Assembly: GCA_947589065.1 (NCBI GenBank)
Contig: CANPZM010000002.1
Span: 1 to 63,409 of the forward strand
Direction of reading: 5' to 3'
Source of the DNA: an uncultured Clostridia bacterium
GTDB lineage: Bacteria > Bacillota > Clostridia > TANB77 > CAG-508
DNA length: 63,409 bases
In this document: positions 26,680-38,029 of the stretch, in pieces
Numbering within the stretch: position 1 is the stretch's first letter
Layout: each line of letters opens with the position of its first letter
The notes under the pieces: generated by a model
What the model saw: only the letters and a program-made list of their open reading frames with translations
The model's database searches: none
What the model was told of the DNA's origin: nothing
Program-made: the position numbers and the translations under genes

Positions 26680-27948
26680 TTAGTTTCTCAAAATATCGTC
26701 TATATTTAATAATCTATTATATTTAGCTACCCTATCTGTTCTAGCAGGAGCACCAGTTTTTATATAATCTGTCCCACATCCAACAGCCAAATCAGAAATA
26801 AATGTATCTTCTGTTTCTCCAGATCTATGTGATACAATCGTTTTCATTCCAGCCGTCTTTGCAATTTTAATTGTATCAATTGTCTCTGTAACAGTACCAA
26901 TTTGATTTGGCTTTATTAATATTGAATTTGATGCTCTTTGTTTTATCCCTTTAACTAATCTAGATTGATTAGTAACATATAAGTCATCTCCTACTATCAT
27001 TATTTTGTTTCCTATTTTGGCTTGTAAATCTGCCCACTCTTTCCAATCATCTTCAGCTAAACCATCCTCAATTGAAATAATTGGATATTTATCTATTAAC
27101 TCAACTAAATAATCTATCATTTGATCAGAACTTTTATATTTATCAGTTTTCCAAAATAAATATCCATCTTTAGCAATTTTTACAGCCTCATTTTTCATTT
27201 CAGTTGCAGCAATATCTAGTGCAATTCCAAAATCTTGTCCTGGCTCAAACCCTGATTTTATTATAGCATCAATTATATATTTGATTGCATCTTCATCTTC
27301 ATCCAAATTTGGAGCAAATCCTCCTTCATCACCTACTCCAACACTATACCCTTTTATTATAAGTATATTTTTTAATGTATTATATACTTTTACACATTTC
27401 TTAATCATTTCTAAAAAGCTATCTTCTCTTTTTGGTACAATCATAAATTCTTGAATGCTTAAATTATTTGCTGCATGCTTCCCACCGTTCAAAATATTTA
27501 GCATAGGAACTGGTAAACGGTTTGCTGTAAGTCCACCTATATACGTAAATAGAGGTATTCCTAAAGACCTTGACGCAACTCTAGCAATAGCCATTGATGT
27601 AGCAATAGTAGCATTTGCACCCAATACGCTTTTATCTTCAGTACCATCAATATCAATTAAAGTATTATCAATGTCAATCTGATTATATACATTTTTACCA
27701 ACTATTCCCTTTCTTATTTTTCCATTAACATTTTTTATTGCATTTTTTACACCTTTACCATTAAATCTTTCCTTATCTCCATCTCTCAATTCCACAGCTT
27801 CATATTTTCCTGTAGATGCTCCAGATGGTGCTATTGCTTTTGCAGAAAAGCCTCCATCTGTAATCACTTCAACTTGGACAGTAGGATTACCACGTGAGTC
27901 TAGCACTTCCAATCCTTTTATTTCTTGAATTTCCAAAAAATCTCTCAT
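26680..27948 (-). CDS. eno: Enolase
   Basis: Full-length match to the enolase pattern (EVLDSRGNPTV, SHRSGETED, IKTGAPARTDRVAKYN). Confidence 0.97.
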   Translation of the reverse strand: MRDFLEIQEIKGLEVLDSRGNPTVQVEVITDGGFSAKAIAPSGASTGKYEAVELRDGDKERFNGKGVKNAIKNVNGKIRKGIVGKNVYNQIDIDNTLIDIDGTEDKSVLGANATIATSMAIARVASRSLGIPLFTYIGGLTANRLPVPMLNILNGGKHAANNLSIQEFMIVPKREDSFLEMIKKCVKVYNTLKNILIIKGYSVGVGDEGGFAPNLDEDEDAIKYIIDAIIKSGFEPGQDFGIALDIAATEMKNEAVKIAKDGYLFWKTDKYKSSDQMIDYLVELIDKYPIISIEDGLAEDDWKEWADLQAKIGNKIMIVGDDLYVTNQSRLVKGIKQRASNSILIKPNQIGTVTETIDTIKIAKTAGMKTIVSHRSGETEDTFISDLAVGCGTDYIKTGAPARTDRVAKYNRLLNIDDILRN

Positions 27949-28070
27949 TATTTTTCACCTCAATAATATTATCTACAGAATTGTTAATTTTAATACAATT
28001 AAATAATTCAGACTTTATAGATAAGCACATTCTCAATATTTTTTATATTTATGAGGCAAAAAAAAAGAAC

Positions 28071-28859
28071 TCAAGGTTCCTTTCTTTTCATATAATCTGA
28101 ATCCAAAATAATATCATCATCTGTTTTTTGTAATTCCTTCATTTTCTCTACTCTATCAAATAAGTCATTTGACTTTTTTGTTTTTTTGGTCTTTTTTTCT
28201 TTCACATTTCTTGTTTTCTCAGGCCTTTCTTCTGCTTGAGAAGCAATTGCAGCTTCTAGTGTTAATGTTCTTTCATAATCAACAATATTATGAACATTTT
28301 TTATATAAACATTACATTTATAGCTTGTATTATGTTTTTTTTCAAATTCTATTAAATCACTATTCAAGTATTTTTGAACTATCTGTTTTTCTTCTTTTGT
28401 TTGCAAGTCAGAATCAAGTTCTAAATTTTTATATCTCCATATAATATGTCTTTCATATGGTGAAAATTCCGAATTTTTTCCTAAATTTTCATATCCATAT
28501 TCAACATTAAATACAGAATTTTTAATAGTAATAGTCAAATTTGTCCATAATTCAGATTTAGTTTCTCTATGGAGATTACGTAACTTTTTTATATCTGAAT
28601 ATAAACTTTGAATAACACTATTATAGCTTTCTTCATCAATATTAAACATTGAAGGTATCTGATATACATTTACAGGATTTCTTTTTAAAATTCCTTTTGG
28701 GAAATAATAAAAGTACATTTCACCAATCGGTTTTTCAAAAGGTTCTTCAATTATAGATGCATATAAATGCACTGAATCCCATTTCTCTGGAATCATATAA
28801 AATAATTTCTTTTGTATTTCTTCAAAAATGATTCCTTCTTGCTTAGTAGAAGCTAACAT
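28071..28859 (-). CDS. YezG/DUF600-like immunity-protein homologue with a Lys-rich C-terminal extension
   Basis: IFEEIQKKLFYMIPEKWDSVHLYASI...GEMYFYYFP...YQIP..FNIDEESY...LYSDIKKLR...WTNLTITI...FNVEYGYENL..SEF...W follows the DUF600 (TIGR01741) pattern IPxxWEKVY...GEvxFYY. Confidence 0.6.
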   Translation of the reverse strand: MLASTKQEGIIFEEIQKKLFYMIPEKWDSVHLYASIIEEPFEKPIGEMYFYYFPKGILKRNPVNVYQIPSMFNIDEESYNSVIQSLYSDIKKLRNLHRETKSELWTNLTITIKNSVFNVEYGYENLGKNSEFSPYERHIIWRYKNLELDSDLQTKEEKQIVQKYLNSDLIEFEKKHNTSYKCNVYIKNVHNIVDYERTLTLEAAIASQAEERPEKTRNVKEKKTKKTKKSNDLFDRVEKMKELQKTDDDIILDSDYMKRKEP

Positions 28860-28871
28860 TTTTCCCCCTAT

Positions 28872-30398
28872 TTATTTTTCTATTAAACTTTCTCCTGTCA
28901 TTTCACTAGGTTTTTCTAATCCCATTAAATCAAGCATTGTAGGTGCCAAATCAGCTAATCTTCCCTCTTTTAACTTTGCTTCCTTTCCAATTAAAACAAG
29001 TGGAACTGGATTGGTTGTATGTGCTGTATGCAATTCTCCTGTCTTATAATCTATCATCTGCTCAGCATTTCCATGATCAGCAGTAATTAATAATATTCCT
29101 TCATTATTATTAATTGCATCAACTATTTTAGCAACACATCCATCCAATGCTTCTAATGCTTTTATTGTAGCTTCAATATTTCCTGTATGACCAACCATAT
29201 CAGGATTTGCAAAATTTAATATTATACTATCATATTTTCCAGAATTAATTGCTTCAACAACATTATCAGTAACCTCAAAAGCACTCATTTCCGGCTTTAA
29301 ATCATATGTTTCAACTTTTGGTGAAGGAATCAAAATTCTATCTTCTCCTTCATATTGTCTTTCTTCTCCACCATTAAAGAAAAATGTAACATGTGCATAT
29401 TTTTCAGTTTCAGCTATACGTAATTGTGTTAATCCTTTTTTACTTATATATTCTCCAAAAGTATTTTTTATATCATCCTTTTTAAATGCAATATGAACAT
29501 TTTCAATTGTACTATCATAATTTGTAAAAGTAACAAAATAAGTTTTAAAATAATTTCTTTCAAATTCTTTAAAGTCTTTATCAACTAGTGTTCTCGTGAT
29601 TTCTCTTGCTCTATCTGGTCTAAAATTAAAGAAAATAACTGAATCATTTTCTGAAATTGTAGCTATAGGAACGTCATTTGAGCATATAACCGTTGGTTTT
29701 ACAAATTCATCAAATATTTCTTTCTGGTATGAATCTTCAATTGCAGCAGACACAGAAGAAAATTTTTCTCCCTCTCCTTTTACAAGAGCATCATATGCTT
29801 TTTCAATTCTTTCCCATCTTTTATCTCTATCCATGGCATAAAATCTTCCACAAATAGAAGCTATCTTTCCAACACCTTTCTCCTTCATCTTATTTTCTAA
29901 TTCTGCTAAATATCCTTCTCCAGAAACAGGTGGCGTATCTCTACCATCTAAGAAGCAATGAACATATACATCTTCAAAATCTCTTCTTTTAGCAAGCTCT
30001 AATAAAGCATACAAATGTCTTTGATGACTATGTACACCTCCATCAGATAATAATCCCATGATATGCAATTTAGAATTATTCTTTTTACAGTTGTCAATTG
30101 CAGTAACAAATTCAGGAATACTGAAAAAATCTCCATCTTCTATTGATTTTGTTATTCTCGTTAATTCTTGATATATTATTCTTCCTGCACCTATATTTGT
30201 ATGTCCAACTTCTGAATTTCCCATTTGTCCTTCAGGAAGTCCTACATCTAATCCACTTGTATGTAAAATAGTATTTGGATATTGCTTTAATATATTATTA
30301 ATATTTGGAATATTAGCAAGTTTAACGGCATTTCCTTCCTCTTTCTCATTAATTCCAAAACCATCTAATATCATCAACATTGTAGTTTTCTTTTTCAT
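28872..30398 (-). CDS. gpmI: 2,3-bisphosphoglycerate-independent phosphoglycerate mutase
   Basis: LMILDGFG, GNSEVGHTNIGAGR and ADHGNAE motifs; 508 aa. Confidence 0.96.
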   Translation of the reverse strand: MKKKTTMLMILDGFGINEKEEGNAVKLANIPNINNILKQYPNTILHTSGLDVGLPEGQMGNSEVGHTNIGAGRIIYQELTRITKSIEDGDFFSIPEFVTAIDNCKKNNSKLHIMGLLSDGGVHSHQRHLYALLELAKRRDFEDVYVHCFLDGRDTPPVSGEGYLAELENKMKEKGVGKIASICGRFYAMDRDKRWERIEKAYDALVKGEGEKFSSVSAAIEDSYQKEIFDEFVKPTVICSNDVPIATISENDSVIFFNFRPDRAREITRTLVDKDFKEFERNYFKTYFVTFTNYDSTIENVHIAFKKDDIKNTFGEYISKKGLTQLRIAETEKYAHVTFFFNGGEERQYEGEDRILIPSPKVETYDLKPEMSAFEVTDNVVEAINSGKYDSIILNFANPDMVGHTGNIEATIKALEALDGCVAKIVDAINNNEGILLITADHGNAEQMIDYKTGELHTAHTTNPVPLVLIGKEAKLKEGRLADLAPTMLDLMGLEKPSEMTGESLIEK

Positions 30399-30543
30399 TT
30401 TTTATTCCATTCCTTTCTAATGCACAAATCCCTTTTGAAAAAATAAACTTTATTAAAGAATTTTTTTAGTCACTAATTTATGCTCTTTGTATCTACTTAT
30501 ATTTTAAATAATTTAACACATACTAATTTTTAATCAAATAATC

Positions 30544-31296
30544 TTAATTATTAAAATTTACTATTTTAGCAAATTCTTCTGGAACTAAACTTGCCCCACC
30601 AACTAATCCTCCATCAATATCTGAAGTTTCAAATAATTCTTTAGCATTAGAAGATTTTACACTTCCTCCATATTGAATTATTATATTGTCAGCAACTTTA
30701 TCTCCATACAATTTTCTAATTTCATTTCTAATAGATTTTATAGCATTATTTGCATCATCTGAAGTAGCTGTCTTGCCAGTTCCTATTGCCCATATTGGTT
30801 CATAAGCTATTATAACTTTATCTATTAATTCATCATCTAATCCATCCAAAGCAAGTCTAGTTTGTTTAGTAATAACTTCTTCTGCTAAAGCTGATTCACG
30901 TTGTTCTAAAGTTTCACCAACACAAAGTATTGGATTTAATCCATTAGCAAAACTTGCTTTTATTTTTTTATTAACAGTTTCATCAGTTTCAGCAAAATAT
31001 TGTCTTCTCTCTGAATGACCTATAATAACATATTCTACATTAATTGATTTCAACATTTTTGCAGAAATTTCACCTGTATATGCTCCTTTTTCTTCAAAAT
31101 GCATATTTTGAGCACCTATTTTTATATTTGTTCCTTGTGCTGTCATTAGTGCATAAAACAAATCTGTATATGGAACACAAAGAATTACCTCATTTTCAGT
31201 ATCCTTAACCAACTTTGATAAAGATTCAATATACCCAATCGTCTCATTTGGAAGCATATTCATTTTCCAATTTCCCGCAATAACTTTTCTTCTCAT
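30544..31296 (-). CDS. tpiA: Triosephosphate isomerase
   Basis: AGNWKMN, IGHSERR, AYEPIWAIGTG and GGASL motifs. Confidence 0.96.
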   Translation of the reverse strand: MRRKVIAGNWKMNMLPNETIGYIESLSKLVKDTENEVILCVPYTDLFYALMTAQGTNIKIGAQNMHFEEKGAYTGEISAKMLKSINVEYVIIGHSERRQYFAETDETVNKKIKASFANGLNPILCVGETLEQRESALAEEVITKQTRLALDGLDDELIDKVIIAYEPIWAIGTGKTATSDDANNAIKSIRNEIRKLYGDKVADNIIIQYGGSVKSSNAKELFETSDIDGGLVGGASLVPEEFAKIVNFNN

Positions 31297-31333
31297 AAAA
31301 CCTCCAATTCAAAATAAATTAATCTATTTTATA

Positions 31334-32011
31334 TTATTTTAAATATTGATATGATGTTAAGTAGCCTTTTTCATTAAAAATAAATTTTATTGTATTATCT
31401 ACGTTTTCAGCCTCATAAGCTCCTTCATATTTTGCCTTATCTAATTTTTCTGTATCAGTTTCATCATTGATAAAAATTGCATCAGCAGTAATCTCTGTTG
31501 TACCATCATCCTTTTTTTCTTGTGAAACAGGATAATAATATAAAGTTTTTTCTATATCTGTATCGAAGACAAATGCCTTATTTGATAGCGAATAAAATTT
31601 ATTTTTATTCTTATCAAATGATACTTTTTTCTTTCCAAAATATTCTTCTGTAATTGAATTAACTGTTTGTGTATTAATTATAAATTTGCCATTTCTTGTT
31701 GTATCTAACATAGTAGCATATCTTTCAACAGCAACATTTAAAGCAAATCTAATCATATCATCATTAGAAAATTTTTTTACTTCATTTGATACAGATAACC
31801 CCATCATTCCTATTAAATATTCATCATTCTTTGAAATAAACTTAATCCTTTGATTTTCAGATATATTACCTCTTCTTCCATATGATGGTTGTTGCTGTGA
31901 TTGTGTCTGTGATTGTGATGTATCTTTTTTGCTTTTCTTTTTCAAATTAAATCCTATTATTCCACCAACAATTAATATTGCTACGATTAAAACTATTATT
32001 ACTTTCTTCAT
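31334..32011 (-). CDS. Membrane-anchored hypothetical protein inserted between pgk and tpiA
   Basis: N-terminal TM helix (VIIVLIVAILIVGGIIGF), a Gln/Ser-rich linker and a ~170-aa domain with no recognised motif. Confidence 0.6.
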   Translation of the reverse strand: MKKVIIVLIVAILIVGGIIGFNLKKKSKKDTSQSQTQSQQQPSYGRRGNISENQRIKFISKNDEYLIGMMGLSVSNEVKKFSNDDMIRFALNVAVERYATMLDTTRNGKFIINTQTVNSITEEYFGKKKVSFDKNKNKFYSLSNKAFVFDTDIEKTLYYYPVSQEKKDDGTTEITADAIFINDETDTEKLDKAKYEGAYEAENVDNTIKFIFNEKGYLTSYQYLK

Positions 32012-32031
32012 AAAAATTCTCGCTCTCTATC

Positions 32032-33258
32032 TTAATTATCTTGAAGTGCTTCAATACCTGGTAGTTTCTTACCTTCAACAAATTCAAGTGATGCACTACC
32101 TCCAGTTGAAATATGTGTAAATTTATCTGCTAACCCTGCTTTCTCAATTGCAGCAGCTGAATCTCCTCCACCAACAACTTTAATTGCATCCAAATCAGCT
32201 AATACTTTTGCAATAGAATTTGTTCCAACTGCAAATTGATCAAATTCAAATAATCCCAAAGGTCCCATCCAAATTACAGTTTTAGCTTTACGTAATTCAT
32301 CCGAATACAATTTTATTGTTTCCTCTCCAATATCAAATCCTTCCCAATCATCTGGAATTTCAGTATATTTAACATTTTTACTTTCTGTATTTGGATCAAA
32401 TTCTTTACCTACTTTTGTATCTACAGGCAATAATAATTTTACACCTTTATTTTTTGCCTTTTCCATAATTGTTTTAGCTAAGTCTAATTTATCCTCTTCA
32501 CAAAAAGATTTTCCAACATTATATCCCATTGCCTTTATAAAAGTATATGCCATTGCCCCACCAATAAGTAGAACATCAACCTTTTCAATTAAAGCTTCTA
32601 TTGGTCCAATTTTATCAGAAACTTTTTTACCACCTATTATTGCCATAAAAGGTTTTTCAGGATTTTGAATAGCATTTCCTAGAAAAGTTAATTCCTTTTC
32701 AATTAAAAAACCAGAAACAGCAGGTAAATAATCAGCAACTCCTGTTGTAGAGCTATGTGCTCTATGTGCTGTTCCAAAAGCATCATTTACATATACATCA
32801 GCTAGCTCAGCAAATTTTTTAGACAATTCTGGATCATTTTTTTCTTCTCCAGGTTCAAATCTAACATTTTCAAGTAAAATTACTTCACCTTCATTTAAAT
32901 TAGCTACTAAAGATTTAGCTGATTCTCCAACAACATCTGTAGCAAGTTTTACTTCTTGACCTAATAATTTAGATAATTCTTTTGCAACAATATCTAGTGA
33001 AAATTCAGGTTTTACCTCTCCTTTTGGTCTTCCTAAATGTGAACATAGAATAACTTTTGCATGATTATCTATTAAATATTTTATAGTAGGCAATGCAGCT
33101 ACAATCCTTCTATTATCTGTAATAACTCTATCCTCATTATATGGAACATTAAAATCACATCTAACTAAGACTTTCTTACCAGTTACATCAATGTCTCTAA
33201 CTGTTTTTTTATTCATAAAATTTATATTCCTCTCTAAAAAATTTCTTAAAATTTTCAT
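32032..33258 (-). CDS. pgk: Phosphoglycerate kinase
   Basis: [15 protein letters not shown] and GGGDSAAA motifs. The likely true start is MNKKTV at 33216, which has an RBS. Confidence 0.96.
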   Translation of the reverse strand: MKILRNFLERNINFMNKKTVRDIDVTGKKVLVRCDFNVPYNEDRVITDNRRIVAALPTIKYLIDNHAKVILCSHLGRPKGEVKPEFSLDIVAKELSKLLGQEVKLATDVVGESAKSLVANLNEGEVILLENVRFEPGEEKNDPELSKKFAELADVYVNDAFGTAHRAHSSTTGVADYLPAVSGFLIEKELTFLGNAIQNPEKPFMAIIGGKKVSDKIGPIEALIEKVDVLLIGGAMAYTFIKAMGYNVGKSFCEEDKLDLAKTIMEKAKNKGVKLLLPVDTKVGKEFDPNTESKNVKYTEIPDDWEGFDIGEETIKLYSDELRKAKTVIWMGPLGLFEFDQFAVGTNSIAKVLADLDAIKVVGGGDSAAAIEKAGLADKFTHISTGGSASLEFVEGKKLPGIEALQDN

Positions 33259-33299
33259 ATAGGGATTACATTTTAGTAATCCCTACAACATATCATTTA

Positions 33300-34331
<1,032 letters not shown>

Positions 34332-34466
34332 TTAAATAATTTTATTAAGGTTACAATTAACCATGCTTATTCTATATCAAAAGATATAGAATTGCAATAC
34401 TTTATTATATTTTTCCCTAACGTATTTTTTTTATAACAATTATAGAAACTACTTGATATTTTTTTA

Positions 34467-34617
34467 CAACAAAAGCGGACATTATTAACCTTTTCGCTGT
34501 CTATAACATTTTAAAGTCCGCGTTTTTGTTCGTCCACGAAAAATTGTATAACAATTTTTCTGTAGAATGCTTTATATTATAGGAAGTTCAGAGAACTTTC
34601 CTATAATATAAAAAAAA
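34467..34617 (-). repeat. Intergenic modular repeat, full copy B
   Basis: caacaaaagcggac...gtccgcgtttttgttcgtccacGAAAAATTGTataACAATTTTTCtgtagaatg...tattatagg-loop-cctataata. Confidence 0.9.
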
Positions 34618-34649
34618 TGCCACATTTAAGTAGCATTTTAGAATTTATA

Positions 34650-35261
34650 TTATTTATTTTTTCCTATTTTTAAAATATTGAAAAATCCCTTTATTGATAT
34701 ATCTTGAAATAAGAAATCATGGAATTGTGTTAAAACTTTAATAGTTTTAGGTGATAAATTAAAAGCAATTTCCACACCTGTTTCAGGGAAAATTAGGGAT
34801 TTAATTTTAGACCAAAGACCTGTTTTGGTTGTAGGTAAATTATCAGCAAGTGAATCGGCATATTCATCTAAATCATATCCAATAGCACCGCTTTGAACTT
34901 GTTCTTGATTAATATATCCTCCAACATAGTCTGATTGACTTTGAGCACTATTCTGCGTTCCGAATAATCCTCCCATATATCCTCCAGCTTTAGGTAATTC
35001 CATAGAACCAGCTATACTACCAGCATCTTCTTTTATTTTTTCTTTTGAATTTTGGTTTTTTTCGGCATTTCCAGCTTGATTTTGCACTCCACCAAAATTA
35101 TTATCAATTTGGCTATTTACAGGAATTCCAAACTTTCCATATACTCCATTAGCATTTTCTGTTTGTTGATTTTGAACTTGTGTTTCTTCACCATTAAAAA
35201 TTCCTATACTTCCTGCTTGTTCAGTAGTATCTTTATTCATTTCATATTCTATCTTTCCCAT
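34650..35261 (-). CDS. Hypothetical Gly/Gln/Asn-rich protein
   Basis: 203-aa ORF with an RBS (aaggaggaaatt). The first two-thirds are low complexity and the C-terminus is amphipathic. No motif recognised. Confidence 0.5.
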   Translation of the reverse strand: MGKIEYEMNKDTTEQAGSIGIFNGEETQVQNQQTENANGVYGKFGIPVNSQIDNNFGGVQNQAGNAEKNQNSKEKIKEDAGSIAGSMELPKAGGYMGGLFGTQNSAQSQSDYVGGYINQEQVQSGAIGYDLDEYADSLADNLPTTKTGLWSKIKSLIFPETGVEIAFNLSPKTIKVLTQFHDFLFQDISIKGFFNILKIGKNK

Positions 35262-35383
35262 AATTTCCTCCTTAGTAGAAATTAATTTTACCTACCTAAT
35301 TCTTTTATACTATATAAAGCATAATTATTCAAGGTATTTTAATGTTGTTTTTGTAACATTTATATTTCATTTTGTTTACAACT

Positions 35384-36676
35384 TCAATCTATCAAAAAGG
35401 TTTCACACGCATTTTTTACCTTTATTTTAACAATTTTTCCTATATTTTCAGCCTTTAAATGACTTTTTACCATTATATAATTACCTGTATGTCCTTTTAT
35501 TAATAACTTATCCTCTTGTTCTTCAAATAGCACTTCTACTTCTTTTCCAACATAAGACATCAAATATTCTTTCTCATTTTTTTCTGAAAGTTCAATTAAT
35601 TTTTTACTCCTAGCTTCTTTAATATTTCCATCAACTTGATTTTTCATTTTTTCAGCTACTGTACCTTTTCTAGGTGAAAATTTAAATACATGCGTCTTAT
35701 AAAACTTTATTTCTTTTAAAAATTCATATGTTTTTTCGAAATCATCTTCGCTCTCATTTGGAAAACCTACAATTATATCTGTTGTTAATATTACATCACT
35801 ATATAAATTTCTTAATAGCTTTACAACATTTCTAAACTGTTCTGTAGTATACTTTCTATTCATTTCCTTTAAAGTTTTATCACATCCACTTTGTAAAGAA
35901 AGATGAAAATGATGACACATTTTTTCAATATTTTTTAATCTTTTGCAAAAATTTTCAGTAATAATCAATGGTTCTAATGACCCTAGTCTAATTCTTTCAA
36001 TACCATCTATTTTGTTAATATCTTCTAGTAAATCAATTAATCTATATTCATTTTGAAAATCCAAGCCATAAGCTGAAACTTGTATACCTGTTATTACAAC
36101 TTCCTTGATTCCTTTTTCAGCTATCTGACTAATTTCTTCAATTACACTTTCTGGCTTTCTACTGCATATTCTTCCTCTAGCATAAGGAATAATGCAATAA
36201 CTGCAAAAGTTATTACATCCATTTTGAACTTTTATTACTGCTCTTGTTTTTTCTGTATATGTAACATTACCAAAATCATAATAGTAATTTGTATCCTTTT
36301 CTTCCTGTACTTCATTTCCCTCAAAATATGCATCAATATATTGAGCTATATTAACTTTTTGTACATTTCCAAGAACTAAGTCAACTTCTGGCATCTTCTC
36401 TAGTTCTTCTTTAGCTGTTTCAGCATAGCATCCAACAGCAATAATTAAAGCATTTTTATTAATTTCCTTAGCACGCCTTATCATCTGTCTAGATTTTCTA
36501 TCTGAAATATTTGTCACACTACAAGTATTAATTACATATACATCAGCCTTTTGCTCTGGTTGAACAATCTCAAATTTATCCATTAATTTTTGTATCATTC
36601 CATTTGTTTCATATTGATTAACTTTACATCCTAATGTAAAAAAAGCAACTTTTTTCATTTTATTTCCTTCTAACAA
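35384..36676 (-). CDS. mtaB: Radical-SAM methylthiotransferase, MtaB-like (tRNA t6A37 methylthiolation)
   Basis: N-terminal FFTLGCKVNQYE (UPF0004), radical-SAM CNNFCSYCIIP and a C-terminal TRAM-like domain. The likely start is MKKVAFF at 36658, after AGAAGGAAA. Confidence 0.8.
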   Translation of the reverse strand: MLEGNKMKKVAFFTLGCKVNQYETNGMIQKLMDKFEIVQPEQKADVYVINTCSVTNISDRKSRQMIRRAKEINKNALIIAVGCYAETAKEELEKMPEVDLVLGNVQKVNIAQYIDAYFEGNEVQEEKDTNYYYDFGNVTYTEKTRAVIKVQNGCNNFCSYCIIPYARGRICSRKPESVIEEISQIAEKGIKEVVITGIQVSAYGLDFQNEYRLIDLLEDINKIDGIERIRLGSLEPLIITENFCKRLKNIEKMCHHFHLSLQSGCDKTLKEMNRKYTTEQFRNVVKLLRNLYSDVILTTDIIVGFPNESEDDFEKTYEFLKEIKFYKTHVFKFSPRKGTVAEKMKNQVDGNIKEARSKKLIELSEKNEKEYLMSYVGKEVEVLFEEQEDKLLIKGHTGNYIMVKSHLKAENIGKIVKIKVKNACETFLID

Positions 36677-36726
36677 TGTAAGTATTTTTTATATAATAGG
36701 AAAGTAACTTTCCTATTATATAAAAA
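36674..36726 (-). repeat. Partial copy of the repeat family (M3 plus the caatgtaag flank)
   Basis: caatgtaagtattttttatataataggaaagtaactttcctattatataaaaa lies between the mreB stop and the mtaB start. Confidence 0.75.
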
Positions 36727-36758
36727 TACTCTACCATAACTTAGTAGAGTATTGCAAA

Positions 36759-37748
36759 TTATTTTCTATCTATCATATCTAAATTATCTAAAGCTTTTCC
36801 TGTGCCAAGTGCCACACATGAAACTGCATCTTCTGCAATCATTACATTTATTCCAGTACGCTCTTGCAATAATTTATCTAATCCGTCAATTAAGCATCCA
36901 CCACCAGTCATGTAAATTCCTCTATCACTAATATCTGCTGCAAGCTCTGGTGGAGTTTTTTCTAATACAGAATGAACAGCATCTATTATCATATTTGTTG
37001 GTTCTTCTAAAGCTTCCATCATTTCACTTGAGTGAATAGTAATTGTTCGTGGTAATCCTGAAATCAAATCTCTACCACGTATATCCATTTCTACATCTTG
37101 AATCTTTGGATATACACATCCCACATTTACTTTTAAATCTTCGGCTGTTCTTTCACCTATCATAACATTATGTTTTCTTTTTATATATCTAACTATAGCC
37201 TCATCAAATTTATCTCCTGCTACTTTGATTGAAGAACTAACAACAGAGCCACCTAAAGAAATAACTGCAATATCAGTAGTTCCCCCACCAATATCAACTA
37301 TCATATTTCCACATGGCTTAGATATATCTATTCCTGCGCCAATTGCTGCAGCAATTGGTTCTTCAATCAAATATACTTTTCTTGCACCTGCATTTGATGC
37401 TGCATCTATAACAGCTTTCTTTTCCACTTCAGTTACCTGAGAAGGAATACATATCATTATTCTTGGAGCAAATAAAAACTTTCCACCAATTTTATTAATA
37501 AAATATTTAAGCATTTTTTCTGTAACCGTGTAATCGGATATAACGCCATCTCTAAGAGGTCTTGTTGCTACTATATTTCCTGGTGTTCTTCCAAGCATTC
37601 GTCTTGCCTCATGTCCAACAGCTAAAACTTCACCATTTGTATTATTTACAGCAACAACTGAAGGTTCTCTTAAAACAATTCCCTTACCTTTTATATAAGC
37701 AATTACTGTCGCTGTTCCTAAATCAATACCAATATCTTGTCCAAACAT
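36759..37748 (-). CDS. mreB: Rod-shape determining protein MreB/Mbl
   Basis: Actin-fold motifs DIGIDLGTA, DIGGGTTD and MTGGG. Confidence 0.93.
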   Translation of the reverse strand: MFGQDIGIDLGTATVIAYIKGKGIVLREPSVVAVNNTNGEVLAVGHEARRMLGRTPGNIVATRPLRDGVISDYTVTEKMLKYFINKIGGKFLFAPRIMICIPSQVTEVEKKAVIDAASNAGARKVYLIEEPIAAAIGAGIDISKPCGNMIVDIGGGTTDIAVISLGGSVVSSSIKVAGDKFDEAIVRYIKRKHNVMIGERTAEDLKVNVGCVYPKIQDVEMDIRGRDLISGLPRTITIHSSEMMEALEEPTNMIIDAVHSVLEKTPPELAADISDRGIYMTGGGCLIDGLDKLLQERTGINVMIAEDAVSCVALGTGKALDNLDMIDRK

Positions 37749-38029
37749 CAGAATCTTCCTTTCCTTTTACATGTCGTTTACAAATTTGTTACGATTATAT
37801 TACACTTCGTCTGAAAATTCAATCCTTTTCAAAACATTTTTCAATTTTTAATCTTTTCTTATAGCTATTATACTTTATTTTGTATTCTTTATATTAAAAA
37901 TATTCCAATTTATTCTATATATTCCAAATATTTTGCCCAAATATTTTTTCATCATCACTCTTAAAGTAATTCGTTGAAAGTATATTAATAATTGATTTTC
38001 AGCAAATTATGTGAGATAATAACTATATT

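Noticed and set aside
26319-26726. ORFs 26319-26558 (-) and 26523-26726 (+).
   Set aside because: The first runs through the tRNA-Gln gene. The second covers the tRNA end, a repeat fragment and the eno terminator. Neither has an RBS.
34650-35261. ELPKAGG inside the 203-aa Gly/Gln-rich protein resembles the major pilin sorting motif ELPFAGG.
   Set aside because: The motif is mid-protein and is not followed by a hydrophobic helix or basic tail. The protein also has no signal peptide. It is most likely coincidental in a Gly-rich sequence.
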